Below the pieces are notes generated by a model, which was not told where the DNA came from, made no database searches, and was given only the letters and a program-made list of their open reading frames with translations. DNA of 63,200 bases, the filler included, from Hyphochytrium catenoides (Eukaryota > Protista > Hyphochytriomycota): assembly GCA_900088475.1 (NCBI GenBank). It is 16 parts of 16 records of this genome, joined end to end, with 100 filler letters (N's around TTAATTAATTAA, not from the genome) between each part and the next. Parts side by side here need not be neighbours in the genome. Positions count along the whole stretch, not along the records: positions 1 to 5,402 come from FLMG01003500.1; positions 5,503 to 6,798 come from FLMG01003057.1; positions 6,899 to 9,739 come from FLMG01004210.1; positions 9,840 to 28,412 come from FLMG01002504.1; 12 more parts are not named here. One strand, 5' to 3'. How positions within the stretch are numbered: position 1 is the first letter of the stretch; every line of letters begins with the position of its first letter. Below are positions 1-12,068 of this stretch, piece after piece. The position numbers and the translations under genes were made by a program.

Positions 1-510
1 GGAGAAGAAAAGAAGGAGAAGAAGAAGAAAAACGAAAAGGAGAAGGAGAAGAAGGAGAAAGAACAAGAAGAAGGATGAAGAAGAAGAAGGAGAGGAAGGA
101 GAGGAAGAAGAAGAGGAGACAAGAGCTCCAAAGCCCTGGACTCTTTAACACGTCCTCCTGCCTCAATATCATTATCGGAAGAGGAAGAAGTAATCGTCGT
201 TGAACTTCTTACCAATAACGACAGGAGACCGAGGAGGAGAAAGAAGAAAAAAGGCTTGGCGCGGAGACCATCATCCTCATCAGGCTCAACCATGCAAACA
301 AGCTAGGGCGGGGTCCAACTGCTGAACAGGAATACTCTTCAAAATTTGAAGGTCCATCTCTTCATGAATAGCCAGACATTCTGATGAGTTGAAGGCGTAA
401 TAAAGCCATTGATTGATGGCCAAGCGAGACCACTAACAACTGATCAAGATGCCGAGGAGCACCAAGAGCGGAGCGGTCACACGGAAGCTTCACCAGATGT
501 CCCCACACAA

Positions 511-621
511 TCAGCGACGCCCTATCATATCTCCCCCAAAAGGCTCCCACACCAGCGGGACAAACTGCAGCCCTACAGCCTTACAAAGAACCTCATTTTT
601 CTTCAACTTCCCGTCGCTTTC
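511..621 (-). mobile_element. Remnant of a restriction-like endonuclease (RLE) C-terminus from a CRE/R2-type non-LTR retrotransposon
   Basis: The minus frame reads ESDGKLKKNEVLCKAVGLQFVPLVWEPFGG, resembling the E..K..KY...C...G..F.P...E..G end of RLE domains. Flanks are degenerate. Confidence 0.4.
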
Positions 622-1759
622 TAGACGGACAAACGGCCTTGAGAGCCTCCATGGACGGCTGCAAGAAGAGAAGAAAAGATAGCAAATGCGACGAAGCCTG
701 TGCCTCTTTCCCTCGGCTCTATCTCCTCTTCTCTCATTATCAGCAAAGGAAGAGTCATAGAGGATCTCCTCGCTAATAATTGAGAAGAGAAAGAGGAGCT
801 CAATCCTCAGAGCTCCTCATCTTCCCAATTATCCGATAGAATGCATTTCATAGAGATTTCTGCAGATGGCTAGATATAGGCACCAGGCAAAAACTGTGAG
901 AAGAAGGCAATGGAAAAGAAAGATCTTCTTCAATGAAGAAAAAAGGAAAGGAAAGGAAAGCCAAGAAAAGGATTGACTACTAGTCGATTGCCTAGCTTTT
1001 CCTATAGAAGAAAGAGAAGGAAAAGAAAATGACGAAGGAAGATGGAGAAGGGGACAATTGTCCTCTTCCCAGGGAGAAAGAGTCAGTTATCCGCCGCAAT
1101 AATCTTAGGAAAAGGCGAACTCTGTTTCTTGATGAACTACTATGCTGGTAGACGGGATGGAAAAGAAGAAGGCCGTCTATTATTAGCGCTTCTCCTGCTG
1201 CTGGTCGCTTGTCACCGCTCCTTCTTCGGCTCCCGATGTCATCCTTCGATGTTCTTCAATGAAAGGGACAGACTCTTCTCTTTCTTTCCCCTTTTTAATA
1301 TGCGGGAGCGGCTTCTCTTTCTCTTTCATTAATAGGTCTTTTCCCTCCTGCTATCTCATCTCTCTATGGAGACATAGGCTGGTAGGAGCGCACTCCTAAT
1401 ACACTCTCTGTTTTCTCTCTTCTCTCTCTGTTTTTTCTCTCTCTCTCTCATTGTTTCTCTCTCTCTCTGTTTTTTCTCTCTCTCTCTCTCTCTGTGTGTG
1501 TTTTCTCTCTCTCTCTATTCTCTCTGCTATCTCTCTCTCTGCTATCTCTCTCTGTTTTCTCCTCTCTGTAGTTCCTCTCTCTCTCTCTCACACACACACA
1601 CACTCACTCTTTCTCTCTCTTTTCCCCCACGTATTTGTCCGCTCTGTCAGTGTGGAATATAAGCTATGCGTTGCTATTAGTTATCAGAACTTTACTATCT
1701 GGAGATACGACCCAAATGTGGGGCAAAAGAGTGGCAAAAGGTTGAAAGAGGCAAGCGGC

Positions 1760-1822
<63 letters not shown>

Positions 1823-1882
1823 ATAAAGAGAAGAAGAGGGAATAAAGAGAAGAAGAAGAGACAGAGAGAGAGAGAGAGGCAG

Positions 1883-2548
1883 CTAAGGCTCACAGGCCTC
1901 AAGGGCCACGGAGGCGAAGTATTTCACATCCTCATCCGTATCCTTAGACAGCTCGGTCAGGCACGGCCTGCAGCGGAGAAGAGAAAAAAGAAACAGAAAG
2001 GAAAAGGAAAGGAAGGTTACGTCAGTCTGGAAATATGTTACGAAAGAGAGAAAATGAACGCGGCAGATGAGCGGAAGACATCCCTTGAATGAACAAGGTT
2101 AATGCACAGCTTCTTCCCGAATCTTTCCCTCTCTCTTTGCTCTTTCTGTCTCTATCTCCGTCTCTTTCCGTTTCCTTCTCTCTGCGACTCTCGGGTGTAT
2201 GCCTTACTATTTGTCTCTCTTATAGTTCATCTCCGGTCTCCTCGTCTTCTCTGCCTCCATTTGGGTCTCGTCTCTCTCTCTCTGTCTCTCTCTCTCTCCT
2301 TCCTTCCCCTCAGGCATGCTCTCGCCTTTCCCCTTTCCTCACCTGACTGCTACAGGCACCCCTCCTGCTCCATGAGAGGCAGAGATGATTGCCGTCATAA
2401 CTCTCGCGGCCACGAGCCGAACATTTGGAATCTTGTCTCTCCCGCCGCGCAGCGCCAGATCCAGTAGCTCAGAAAAAAGCGGTTCCGAAGGAGGGGTCAC
2501 TTCCGCCATGTGCTAAGACAGACAGAAGGGAAGAAAACAAAGAGAGAG

Positions 2549-2579
<31 letters not shown>

Positions 2580-3029
2580 AAGCACAAGAGCGCCGGTAAG
2601 GCACAATAGAAAGCTCCCGTTATATCGTCGCTTTCACCCATCCGCACAACTCTACGTCGCTAGTCCTTGGGCTTAACCTGTCCCTCTGGCACTCTCATGG
2701 TCTCTTCCATGTGTTCTCTCTTCTCTCTTTCCTCTCTCTCTCTTTCCTCTCTCTCTCTCTCTTCTTTCCCCCTTCTTTTTCTACCTGGACGGTGTAGAGC
2801 ATGGTGATGCGCTCTTGGTAGTACTTCGTGGTGGCAAAGGTCTGCTTCACATGAGGGAGAATGGTGGTGCGCATCCACTCCGAACCCACAATGCCAATCT
2901 AACCAAAGAGAGAGAGAGGGAGAGAGAGAGNNNNNNNNNNNNNNNNNNNNNNNNNNNNNNNNNNNNNNNNNNNNNNNNNNNNNNNNNNNNNNNNNNNNNN
3001 NNNNNNNNNNNNNNNNNNNNNNNAAGAAG

Positions 3030-3070
<41 letters not shown>

Positions 3071-3578
3071 ATATGGAGAGAGGGAAAGAAAGACAAGAGA
3101 GAGAGAACTGGCATGAGATAGAGGTAACATATTGCAGAGAGAGAGGGAGAGAGAGAGAGAGAGAGAGTCATGATGGGGAAAACTAGGAAGAGAAACGACA
3201 TTGAGATCGCGGAAAGAGAGAGAGCAGCGTACCAAGTCTTTGGTGGCTCCGGAGGCGGCGACTCTGACATCACTGACGTTGTCGGTCAGTCCTGCCTTGT
3301 ACAGCTCCAGCAGATTCTCCTTGAAATAGTCAGAGCCCTGAAGAGAAACAGGAACATCATCAACAACGATGGTATTTCTTTCTCTCACTCTTCGCTCTCT
3401 GTGTTTTTCTCTCTCTGCTGTCCCCTCACTTTTCCCCTCTACCCGTCTACTCTCTCTCTCTTTTCTCTCTCTCTTCTTGTTTTTCCTCTCTCTTGCGGGT
3501 GCGCCTAAAGCAACAATCTCTTTCTTCTATGGCCCTTTTCATCCTCTGCGTCTTCCTTTTCTTTCTCGAGATATCCTC

Positions 3579-3642
<64 letters not shown>

Positions 3643-3885
3643 CCCTCTCCCTCCCTCTCCCGGTCCCCGTCCTCTCTCTCATTCCGTTCCAAAGCAGATC
3701 TTGTCTCCTCACGCACCAGAGTCTGTACCAAGGAAGGCAAGTTCCTGATGATGCTCTCTCTGACTCTCCACTGCGCGTCTCTCCCCAGCTCCTTGATCAC
3801 TTTGATGATCTTGTCGCTCAGAGGCGCCTTCCAAGCCGCCAGCAAATTCAGATTGCGAAGGACATTGAGTCGAACCTGGAAACAG

Positions 3886-3916
<31 letters not shown>

Positions 3917-4274
3917 GGAGAGAATAGTGTTAGAGAAAGATAGAGAGAAACGCGAGACAAGCCCACCAATATGAGAAAGAGGTTGAGCCATTAGAAGAAG
4001 GCGGACTGGACCAACTGACAGGCAGTACAGAGCCTAGAGTGAAGGTCTATAGAGTGAGAGAGACAAGAGGAGTGAACTAAAGAGTGATAGAGAGAGAGAG
4101 AGAGAGAGAAAGTAAGAGAAGAAAGAATGTGTCCAACCTCCGTGTGTTCGTCCTTCAAGAACCCAAGAGTGACGGGGAGAAGATGCTGAACAAACTGCGT
4201 CTCTCCTAGCTTTGGAGCCAAGTCCATCACGCACTGAGACAAAGCCACTGCCAGACACCAACAAAGGACAACAT

Positions 4275-4322
<48 letters not shown>

Positions 4323-4559
4323 AGGAAAGAGAGGTTGCACAGGTGAGGAGGGGGAACGTGGAGACAGAGAGAGAGAGGAGGAGAGAGAGACAGAAAGAAA
4401 GCGTGAGCACATCTCTTGCGGATTCGCCTAGAACTCTTCAGCATAGTATGAGATACTAGATCGGACACAGAGAAACGAAGAGAGAGAGGGGAGAGAGATA
4501 CCCACACACCGAGAGAAAGAGAGACACACCGAGACGAGCCACATGCACAAGGAGGGCGG

Positions 4560-4594
<35 letters not shown>

Positions 4595-4758
4595 CAAGAC
4601 AGAGAGAGACAGGGTACCTCTGACGTTGTTTGCGTTGTCATTGGCCAGCTTCTGGATGACAGGGACGAGATCGTGCACAAAGGCGTCAGCGCCAATGAGC
4701 TCACAAAATCCAGTGATGTTCTTGACAGCAGCGGACCGGACCTCAGCCTCAGTGTCCT

Positions 4759-4808
<50 letters not shown>

Positions 4809-5402
4809 TGAGAGAGAGAGAAAGAAAGAGAGAAGAGAAATGGGATGGATGTAAACAAGTAAGGAAGGCTAGTCGTGGAGAATTAATAAGTTCTGGAAGA
4901 GAACCCGTAACAGAAAGACAAGAGGAGAGAAGAGGCAAGACGACGCTAAAAACGTTTGGAATATTTTCTTACGTACAAAGGCAAGAGAGGTATTTAGAAG
5001 AGGAAGAAAGAGAGAGAGAGAGAGGATAGAGAGGGACCAGGTAGGGAACTTCTTCTCTCACCTCCAAAAGAGTGACGAATCGGGAGAGAAGCTCCAGAGA
5101 GGTAATCTTCTTTCCCATTGCCTCCGATAGCTAAAGAGAAAAAGAAGAAGGAGAGAAAGAGGCGAGAGAGACAGAGATGAGAGCTCCGCCTCTGTCCAAC
5201 GGAGAAGAGAGAGAGCAGCACGAGAGAGCGGCAAGAGAGAAAAAGAAAGAAAGGGAGAGAGAGAAAGAGAACACACACAGAGAGAGAGAGAGAGGAAAAG
5301 AGTGCGAGTGACAGGAGGGGAGAGAGAGAAGCAAAGATCCTACAGCGAAAAACTCTTTGGCGACATTGAAGCGCACTCTCCAGCTCCTGTCCTCCACAGA
5401 GC
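1883..5402 (-). CDS. PP2AA: Protein phosphatase 2A scaffold (A/65 kDa) subunit, HEAT repeats; 5'-truncated by scaffold end
   Basis: Nine phase-consistent GT-AG exons: 5402-5344, 5130-5062, 4756-4618, 4247-4138, 3875-3717, 3337-3233, 2898-2785, 2512-2343, 1967-1883. Diagnostic peptides: EDRSWRVR, DTEAEVRSAA, EVRLN, DAQWRVRESII, DKIPNVRLVAAR, RPCLTELSKDTDEDVKYFA; stop TAG at 1883-1885. Confidence 0.96.
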
Positions 5403-5502
5403 NNNNNNNNNNNNNNNNNNNNNNNNNNNNNNNNNNNNNNNNNNNNTTAATTAATTAANNNNNNNNNNNNNNNNNNNNNNNNNNNNNNNNNNNNNNNNNN
5501 NN
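5403..5502. other. Artificial scaffold spacer (44 N + TTAATTAATTAA + 44 N), first of 15
   Basis: Identical 100-bp cassette with stops in all six frames. Other copies start at 6799, 9740, 28413, 32654, 33871, 37168, 40098, 42435, 44298, 45982, 47660, 52387, 53619 and 61953. Confidence 0.99.
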
Positions 5503-5603
5503 GAGAATGAGAGAGAAGTGGGGAGAAGAGACAGAGAGAGAGAGAGACAGTATTAGACAAAGAGAGACGAATAGCGAGAGGAGAGTCATCTCTCCCCACC
5601 TAC

Positions 5604-5919
5604 CTCCCTGCACATCCGTTTCCTTAGGCAGCGGCGGGACAGCCTCCCATCGAGTCAGCGCCATGTAAAGCAGAGGCAAGGCTACTGCTCCTCCCAGCCC
5701 CGCTGCTATCCTCCGCCGCCACGATGGAGCTCTGGCCCCAGGAGCAGCGGCCGCAACTGCAGGAGGAGGTACAGAGCGTGGCTCTGGACGAGAAGACGCC
5801 GTTGAAGAGCTTCCTCTCCTCCTCTGAAGCCATAGTTCAGCGCTTCTCTCTCCTGGCGGAAAGCCGCGCCTGCGGGGTAAACGCCTTGTGCCCAGGAGAG
5901 AGGCTCTTAAGCCCTTCAT
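5604..5919 (-). CDS. First exon of a probable mitochondrion-targeted, membrane-anchored protein (3'-truncated)
   Basis: ATG at 5919. Arg/Ser-rich, acid-poor N-terminus (MKGLRASLLGTRRLPRRRGF), hydrophobic segment IAAGLGGAVALPLLYMAL, then a GTAGGT donor and a CT-rich intron on this strand. Confidence 0.55.
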
Positions 5920-6379
5920 GGGCGCTGTGAAGTTCTCTCAAACATCCTTCCCAGGTCTTTTCGCTCCCTTTCAGTTCTTGGACTTCTCTCTCTCTCTTGC
6001 CCAGCCAAGTCCGTCTCTCTGCTGGTTGCCCCTCCGTGCAGAGCTGTCCGTCCTTCACAGTGCTCCACCGCATCCAAGCTCGCAAAGACACTTCTGTTTC
6101 TCCCCTTTCTCTCTCTCTCTCTCTCTGTCTCTGTCTCTCTCTCTCTGTCTCTCTCTCTCTCTCTCTCGCCCCTCTCTCTCTCTCGCCTCCTTTTCTCTCA
6201 AAGGGTGTGACAAGAGCTCATTGCATTGATTTCGTTTATAGGCACCTATATCCCTAATAAATCGCTCTAATTGGCACCCTCTTAGAAATAGAAGGGCTTC
6301 TGATTGTTCTGATTGCGTATCTTTCGATCTTGTCATGGCTTCTGATCGACATGCCTTCTGCTTCTTCCTTGAATGCTTT

Positions 6380-6427
<48 letters not shown>

Positions 6428-6709
6428 GTCTCTCTCTCGTGCTTGCTCTCTTTCGCTGCGCTCTCTCTCTCTCTCTCTTGTCCTCCATCTCTCCTGCGGC
6501 CCTTTAGACAGCTAATAAACGGGAGAGAGACAGACAGAGACGGACAGACACAGAGAGAGAGAGAGAGCGCAGAAGCAGAACTAGTCATCATGCCTTGGAG
6601 ATAAGAAGAGCTTGTGCGCTGGAGGAAGAGGAGAGCAGAGGAGATTATCCTCTTAGTGACTGCAGCCGTGACAGCCGAACCATAAACAGAGGCTCAAGAC
6701 GAGGAAGAG

Positions 6710-6754
6710 ATGAAGACGATCGTTGTGGGAGGAACCTCCACAGGCGTGGGGAAG
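6710..6754 (+). CDS. First exon of a SIMIBI P-loop enzyme (CbiA/CobB- or BioD-type N-terminus), 3'-truncated
   Basis: MKTIVVGGTSTGVGK is a beta strand plus Walker A, followed by a GT donor at 6755 and a (CT)n tract. Only 15 codons are visible. Confidence 0.55.
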
Positions 6755-7752
6755 GTAGCGCAGCGGCCCAACTCCTTCTCTCTCTCTCTCTCTCTCTCNN
6801 NNNNNNNNNNNNNNNNNNNNNNNNNNNNNNNNNNNNNNNNNNTTAATTAATTAANNNNNNNNNNNNNNNNNNNNNNNNNNNNNNNNNNNNNNNNNNNNCA
6901 GGACTGCCATACCATCTAGCCTTGTGTGGCTCAGCATTTGGGGCCCGGAAAAAGAAGGGATAAATCGCTGCTGCTCAAGGTCAATCACTGCACGACGACG
7001 ACTTGGGACCCAGTCACATCCTAGCCATATATGTGCAATTCCGCTACGAGGACATGCAGCAAAGCCCTGAGGTAGGAGGCCAAAGGGAAGGAGGGTGACA
7101 CACTGCCACTAATCAAGGAAAGCTGCGAGTTAGACACTGCTCTCTGCTGGTTAGCTATTTATGATGAACATGACTGATGCCTCTCCTCGCTGCTCTTATC
7201 ATTTATCTAAACAGGAAGGACATATCCTCTCCGCTTCCAAGAGTACCCGACCGTTTGCCTGCTTTCATAATTACCACTTCACTCATCAGTAGCAGGGCAC
7301 TAATATAATGTTCACAAGAATTCTTATAATAGGACCATGATGGAGGCGTTAATAGAAGAACTGACAGCAAGGTCTGCTTTTCTGCAGGCGCGATCAGCCT
7401 ATGGCCTGTATGTGCTGTAGGTGCTTGGTGGCATCACACTTTTATAAGGCATGATGAATGCATGCCGCAAATGTGCATTGCAAGGGTTCGAAACGCCCTG
7501 CAGGAGCAGCACTGTAGCTTTCCGGTGCGGCGAGCGAGCGGAATTGGCGCTCATAAAATTAAATGAATATGATAGTAAATAATAAAGTGTAGATGCAGCA
7601 GCAAGAGTCTAGCTATCTTTTATAGAAATAGAGATAGAGTATAATATACTGGCATACTCTTCGTAATGCTGATCATCACGCATCAGCGTCGGACGTAGAC
7701 CTTCAAGTACCTGACAAACCTCCGCATCGTCATCCCTGCGGCGATATCTGTA

Positions 7753-8021
7753 CCGAAGAAGATTCAGTTTATTGCTACTACCTGGAGGCAAAACATGCTG
7801 AGGAGGGCAAGCAGATCCTACAGACGCTTTCCAATCGTGTCCCATGTTCCGGTGTAGAAGAACAAATGCTCACGATCCGTGCGGCCATGTCTGTTCTGAA
7901 AGAACCAGTTCATTGCAACTTGGAGGCGAACCTTGCTGAAGGCAAGATCCTACTACACAGACGCTGCTTGCCAATCTTGTCCTCCTATACTCCGGTGTGG
8001 TAGAAGAACGAATGCTCGGTC
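7753..8021. repeat. Degenerate tandem duplication of a ~130-bp unit
   Basis: 7753-7877 and 7892-8021 align on the minus strand (gagcattYgttcttctac..caccgg..gattgg..aagc..ggatct..gcctcca..gcaatRaactg), with small indels. Confidence 0.75.
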
Positions 8022-9111
8022 CCCCTGCGGCCCCCTCAATTAGCAGAGCCAAAGGTTACAGCTTCTTAGTACAATCCGGGAGATCTTTCTGGAGATGTCG
8101 AACGAGGAGGGCATGCTGCTACTAGGAACCTTACATCACACCTCGAGAGAACCTCCAAAGCATTCATTATCCCCAGATCAGGTGCTTCACACAATATTCT
8201 CGCCCTATCCCATTCCAAAGAATATCCGTATCCAAAAGTAGTCAAAAGTAAAGAGGCTCTCCTCCCAACAAGATAATAGTGTACAGTGTGAGCAACTGAT
8301 AAATGAGCTTACCTTTCGCATGAGTCCACCCTTTGATGTTGAAGGTAAACCCTTTCTATTGGAATAATAAGGGTCCTTCGATCCTGCCCGAACCATCGTA
8401 GTAGTTGTACCACCACCACTCCTCGCTGTTTTGAACCCTTATCAACACTACACCAGCCATAGTTGTCATGCTCCCTCCTCCTCCACTTTCGACGGTTCAT
8501 CGACCTGTCAAGCAGAGAATGAATGCGGAGCGAGCATCTCAGCACCATGATGGATGGAGCTCTTCTTCACAGAGAACAATGCCCCGCAACTGTGACAATG
8601 ATTACCGAGCAACCCTCTATTATTATGGTTGTATATTTCTTCCTGTACACTCACAAGCTGAGGATCTCCGCCTTCTCGTCCTGTTCTTTTTGCTGGCAAC
8701 TTCTTCTTATAATATGGACGTCTTGCCATCTTGTCATACACGTCCTTGTGGTGCTTTCTCTTTCTCGTCATGAGAAGGATGGTTGACCACTACTGAAATT
8801 GCCCCTAATAATAAGATCCACGAAGAATCCGGCGGAAACCAAACAGCTCTTGGAACCATGACAAGATCTCTTGGTGGAGCGAGCGCCAAGAGGAAGCTAG
8901 AAGCTCTTGTACCGTCAAAAGGAGCGAAGGGATCGCCCCTGAAGCGCCTTTACAAAACTGCGCCAGTGCCGCACACGCTTGTCCAGTCCGTGGGGCAGCA
9001 TAATGCCAAGAGTGAAGGCTCTGAGGAGGTGCCATATTCTACTATTCCTACAGATGTCAATGGCGATCTACCGCTTAGCACTTTTGAAAACGCAGTCATC
9101 ACTGAATCTGA

Positions 9112-9561
9112 ACTGCAGAAGGGACGCGAAGTGCCACAAACTCTCTTTTTGAAGGCAAGCAACACGAACTAGCGGATGACCCCACATCTTCGGCCTATAC
9201 TTCCGATCCTGCCAACAGTTCAGGTAATCAACAGGAAAAGCAGCAGTACAAGCCGGGAGATCTTTCTGAAGATGTCAAGCTAATGATGTTTGGCTTTGGA
9301 GATGCATGGGAACCCCTGGACGACTCTGTACAGCTGATGGAGGAATTGGTGGCCCATTACATACGGCAAACGACCGTAGAGTTACTTGAGGTAGCTAGGA
9401 TTAGAGGACGATTGGACAATGACTGCTTTACTTTTCTCATGAGAAGGGATCAGGAGAGGAGTCAGCGCATACTGGAGCTCAATGAGGCAATGGCGACCGG
9501 AAGCAAGGCAACTGGGAACACTTTTGATGCAGAGGATGAGTCCAGTTTAGGGGTCGGTTAA
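9112..9561 (+). CDS. TAF13: TFIID subunit TAF13 (TFIID-18 kDa histone fold); 5' structure uncertain
   Basis: DLSEDVKLMMFGFGDAWEPLDDSVQLMEELVAHYI...RGRLDNDCFTFLMRRDQERSQRILEL...NTFD. The frame is open from 9112. ORF 8783-9172 overlaps in another frame and may be the N-terminal part. Confidence 0.85.
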   Translation, partial: TAEGTRSATNSLFEGKQHELADDPTSSAYTSDPANSSGNQQEKQQYKPGDLSEDVKLMMFGFGDAWEPLDDSVQLMEELVAHYIRQTTVELLEVARIRGRLDNDCFTFLMRRDQERSQRILELNEAMATGSKATGNTFDAEDESSLGVG

Positions 9562-11731
9562 GGGCGCTTATGAGCGGTTTCAACTGGGATGAGACTCCGT
9601 TACTAGGGGATCTCAGTACTTCGTTAGTTTTGAGAAAGAACATTGTCTTCTGTCCCTCTGACTTCCAGAACAGGGGAGCTGGGTAAGGCAACGACGCCTG
9701 TCACCTCCGCGGCCACATGGAGTCCTCTTGAGACTTACANNNNNNNNNNNNNNNNNNNNNNNNNNNNNNNNNNNNNNNNNNNNTTAATTAATTAANNNNN
9801 NNNNNNNNNNNNNNNNNNNNNNNNNNNNNNNNNNNNNNNGGGGGGGGGCCCACACTTTCTACTAGGGTTGTGCGGGTAGACAGACAATCGCTAATAAACA
9901 GGGCGAACATTGCAAAGTTCGAATTGTCCATAGGTTTCCGCTAACGGCGATATAATCAAGGACGATTTTACTCTCACTACTTCCTGCACAATCTTCAAGA
10001 AGAAACAACAACACCGAACACACTCAACCTGAAAGCAGTGTTTCTTTCTCTTTTTTTTGCCTCTTCAAGATATCAACAAATAAAGTTGTTGGCTACTGCC
10101 CTGCTGGTCGTGACTTTCTGCTGCTTGTCGAGACCATCCTACTAAACTTGATCACCTCTGCTGGTAGTTCTACGAGTACAGCTGTGCGTGCTGCTGCTGC
10201 CTGCTGATTTCAACAACATGACATCTTTCTTCGATTTCAACGAAAGGACCAGAGGTCCATCCTCGGCGAACTTGTCACAAGGGACGAGTTTACGGAGGAG
10301 GTTCCCTTCTTATTAGACATCAACTGCCCTGTTGACGACCGCTATCATCCAGAAGAGGCAGTTAGCTATGTTAGAAACCTCTGGCGCTCACGAAGGAGGA
10401 ACGCAGCATCAAGGCGGTACCTTCAGAGGAGTTCTGAGCTCCTTGAGAAGCTGTGGCTCAATCTACCAGAATCAGCCTCAGATGACATTGAGTTTGTTGT
10501 TGGAGCTACAGTATGCGTACACTGCCGTCCAACTCCTCCTCAATCGCTCTCGTCGCCCTGGGTATATAAAGCTTGCGTTGCGCTCATCTCTCTTCTACTC
10601 TGTCTTATGTTTCCTCATTATTACGAATACATCTGACAAACTCTGTCTCTCCCTCTGCCTCTCTCTCTTTCGTCTCTCTCTCTCTCCCCCCTTCTCTGGC
10701 TCTCTCGCTCTGTCTCTCTCTCTGTCTCTCTCTCTGTGTCTCGCTCTCTCTTTTTGTCTCTCTCTCCCTCTGTCTCTCTCTCCCCTTCTCTGTCTCTCTC
10801 TGCCTCTCTCTCTGTCTCTCTCTCTATGTGCGTGTCTCTCTCTGTGTCTCTCTCTCTCTCTCTGTCACTCTCTCTCACTCTCACTCATGTGTCTCTCTCG
10901 CCCTCCTCTCTCCCTCTTCGTCCCTCTCGTCGTCGTTTCCTGAAAGCATCGCCGTGCACTCCTCACCGCCCATCAACATAAATAGAGGTGGGCAATCTCT
11001 CTTCTTTCCTCTTCTTCTTCTGCTGTCGTCTAGGAAGAATGGACTCAGAAGAGATGATAGACGAAGAGCTCGCGGTGGAGAGGCAGTTCCTTTTGCCTTA
11101 CACATCTTTTGACGGTCGAGGAGAGAATCCTATCGTCTTTTCTTCCTCTCGGTCAGCTTATCTCTTCAGAGGCCAGGAGAGGTAGGAGAGGAAAATAGGA
11201 GCCCTTTAGAGGCAGCCTCCTTCCTTCTTTGATCATTCTCTTCTCTTTCCTTCCCTTGTCTCTCCCCATTCTTCAAGAAGTAATTAATAAGCCCACTTCT
11301 TTGAGTTGATGATTGGGAGATCGCTTGTGCGCGGACAGAAGAACGAAGGCAGAGAAAGGAAGAGAGAAATGTAGATGAAGGGGAGAGAGAGAGAGAGTTG
11401 AGAAGGAGACACAAGGAGAAGTGGTGGATTGAACGGCAGCGCCGCGGGTGAGGATGCAAAAGACAGAGAGAGAGAGAGAAAAGACACCAGAAGGCACGAG
11501 AGAGAGAGAAGATTGCAAGGCCAGAGGTGGTCGTGAGGACAAGAAGAGAAGGAGAGTCATCATCTCTCCCGCCACAGGTTGCCTATCTTTCCTTGCTGAT
11601 AGATAATAACAATTAGAGACTTCAGGGCTCTGTCTCGTTGTCTGGATCTTTGTCTTTATATTATATAGGACGGGGAAACAAGTGAACACTGCGGAGAGAG
11701 AAGATGGACATGATAAGGTCGAGCCCTTCTT

Positions 11732-11769
<38 letters not shown>

Positions 11770-12068
11770 CCTGACAAACATGTTTCCATTGGCTGCGCTA
11801 GGCCCTAAGGCTCCGGTGGTATCGACCTGAACTGAGCGCTGAGAGAGAGGTTTCTCGAGAAGAGAAAAGAAGAAGTGAAGGGAAGCAGACGGACAGAGAG
11901 AGAGAGAGAGAGAGAGAGAAGGAACTACGGAAAGGGCTTCTCGAAGGGAGACGAGGATGATGAGTATGGAGCCGAGCCCTGGAAAGAAGAAAAAACGCAG
12001 TTCTGTCCTCCTCCAGTTCTTTCAGAAACAGGAGAAAGATTGCTGTTAGATTCTCTCTCTTCCTGCTT

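Noticed and set aside
5724-5930. Plus-strand ORF MELWPQEQ...
   Set aside because: The minus-strand reading has an ATG, targeting-like peptide, TM segment, donor site and matching intron polarity.
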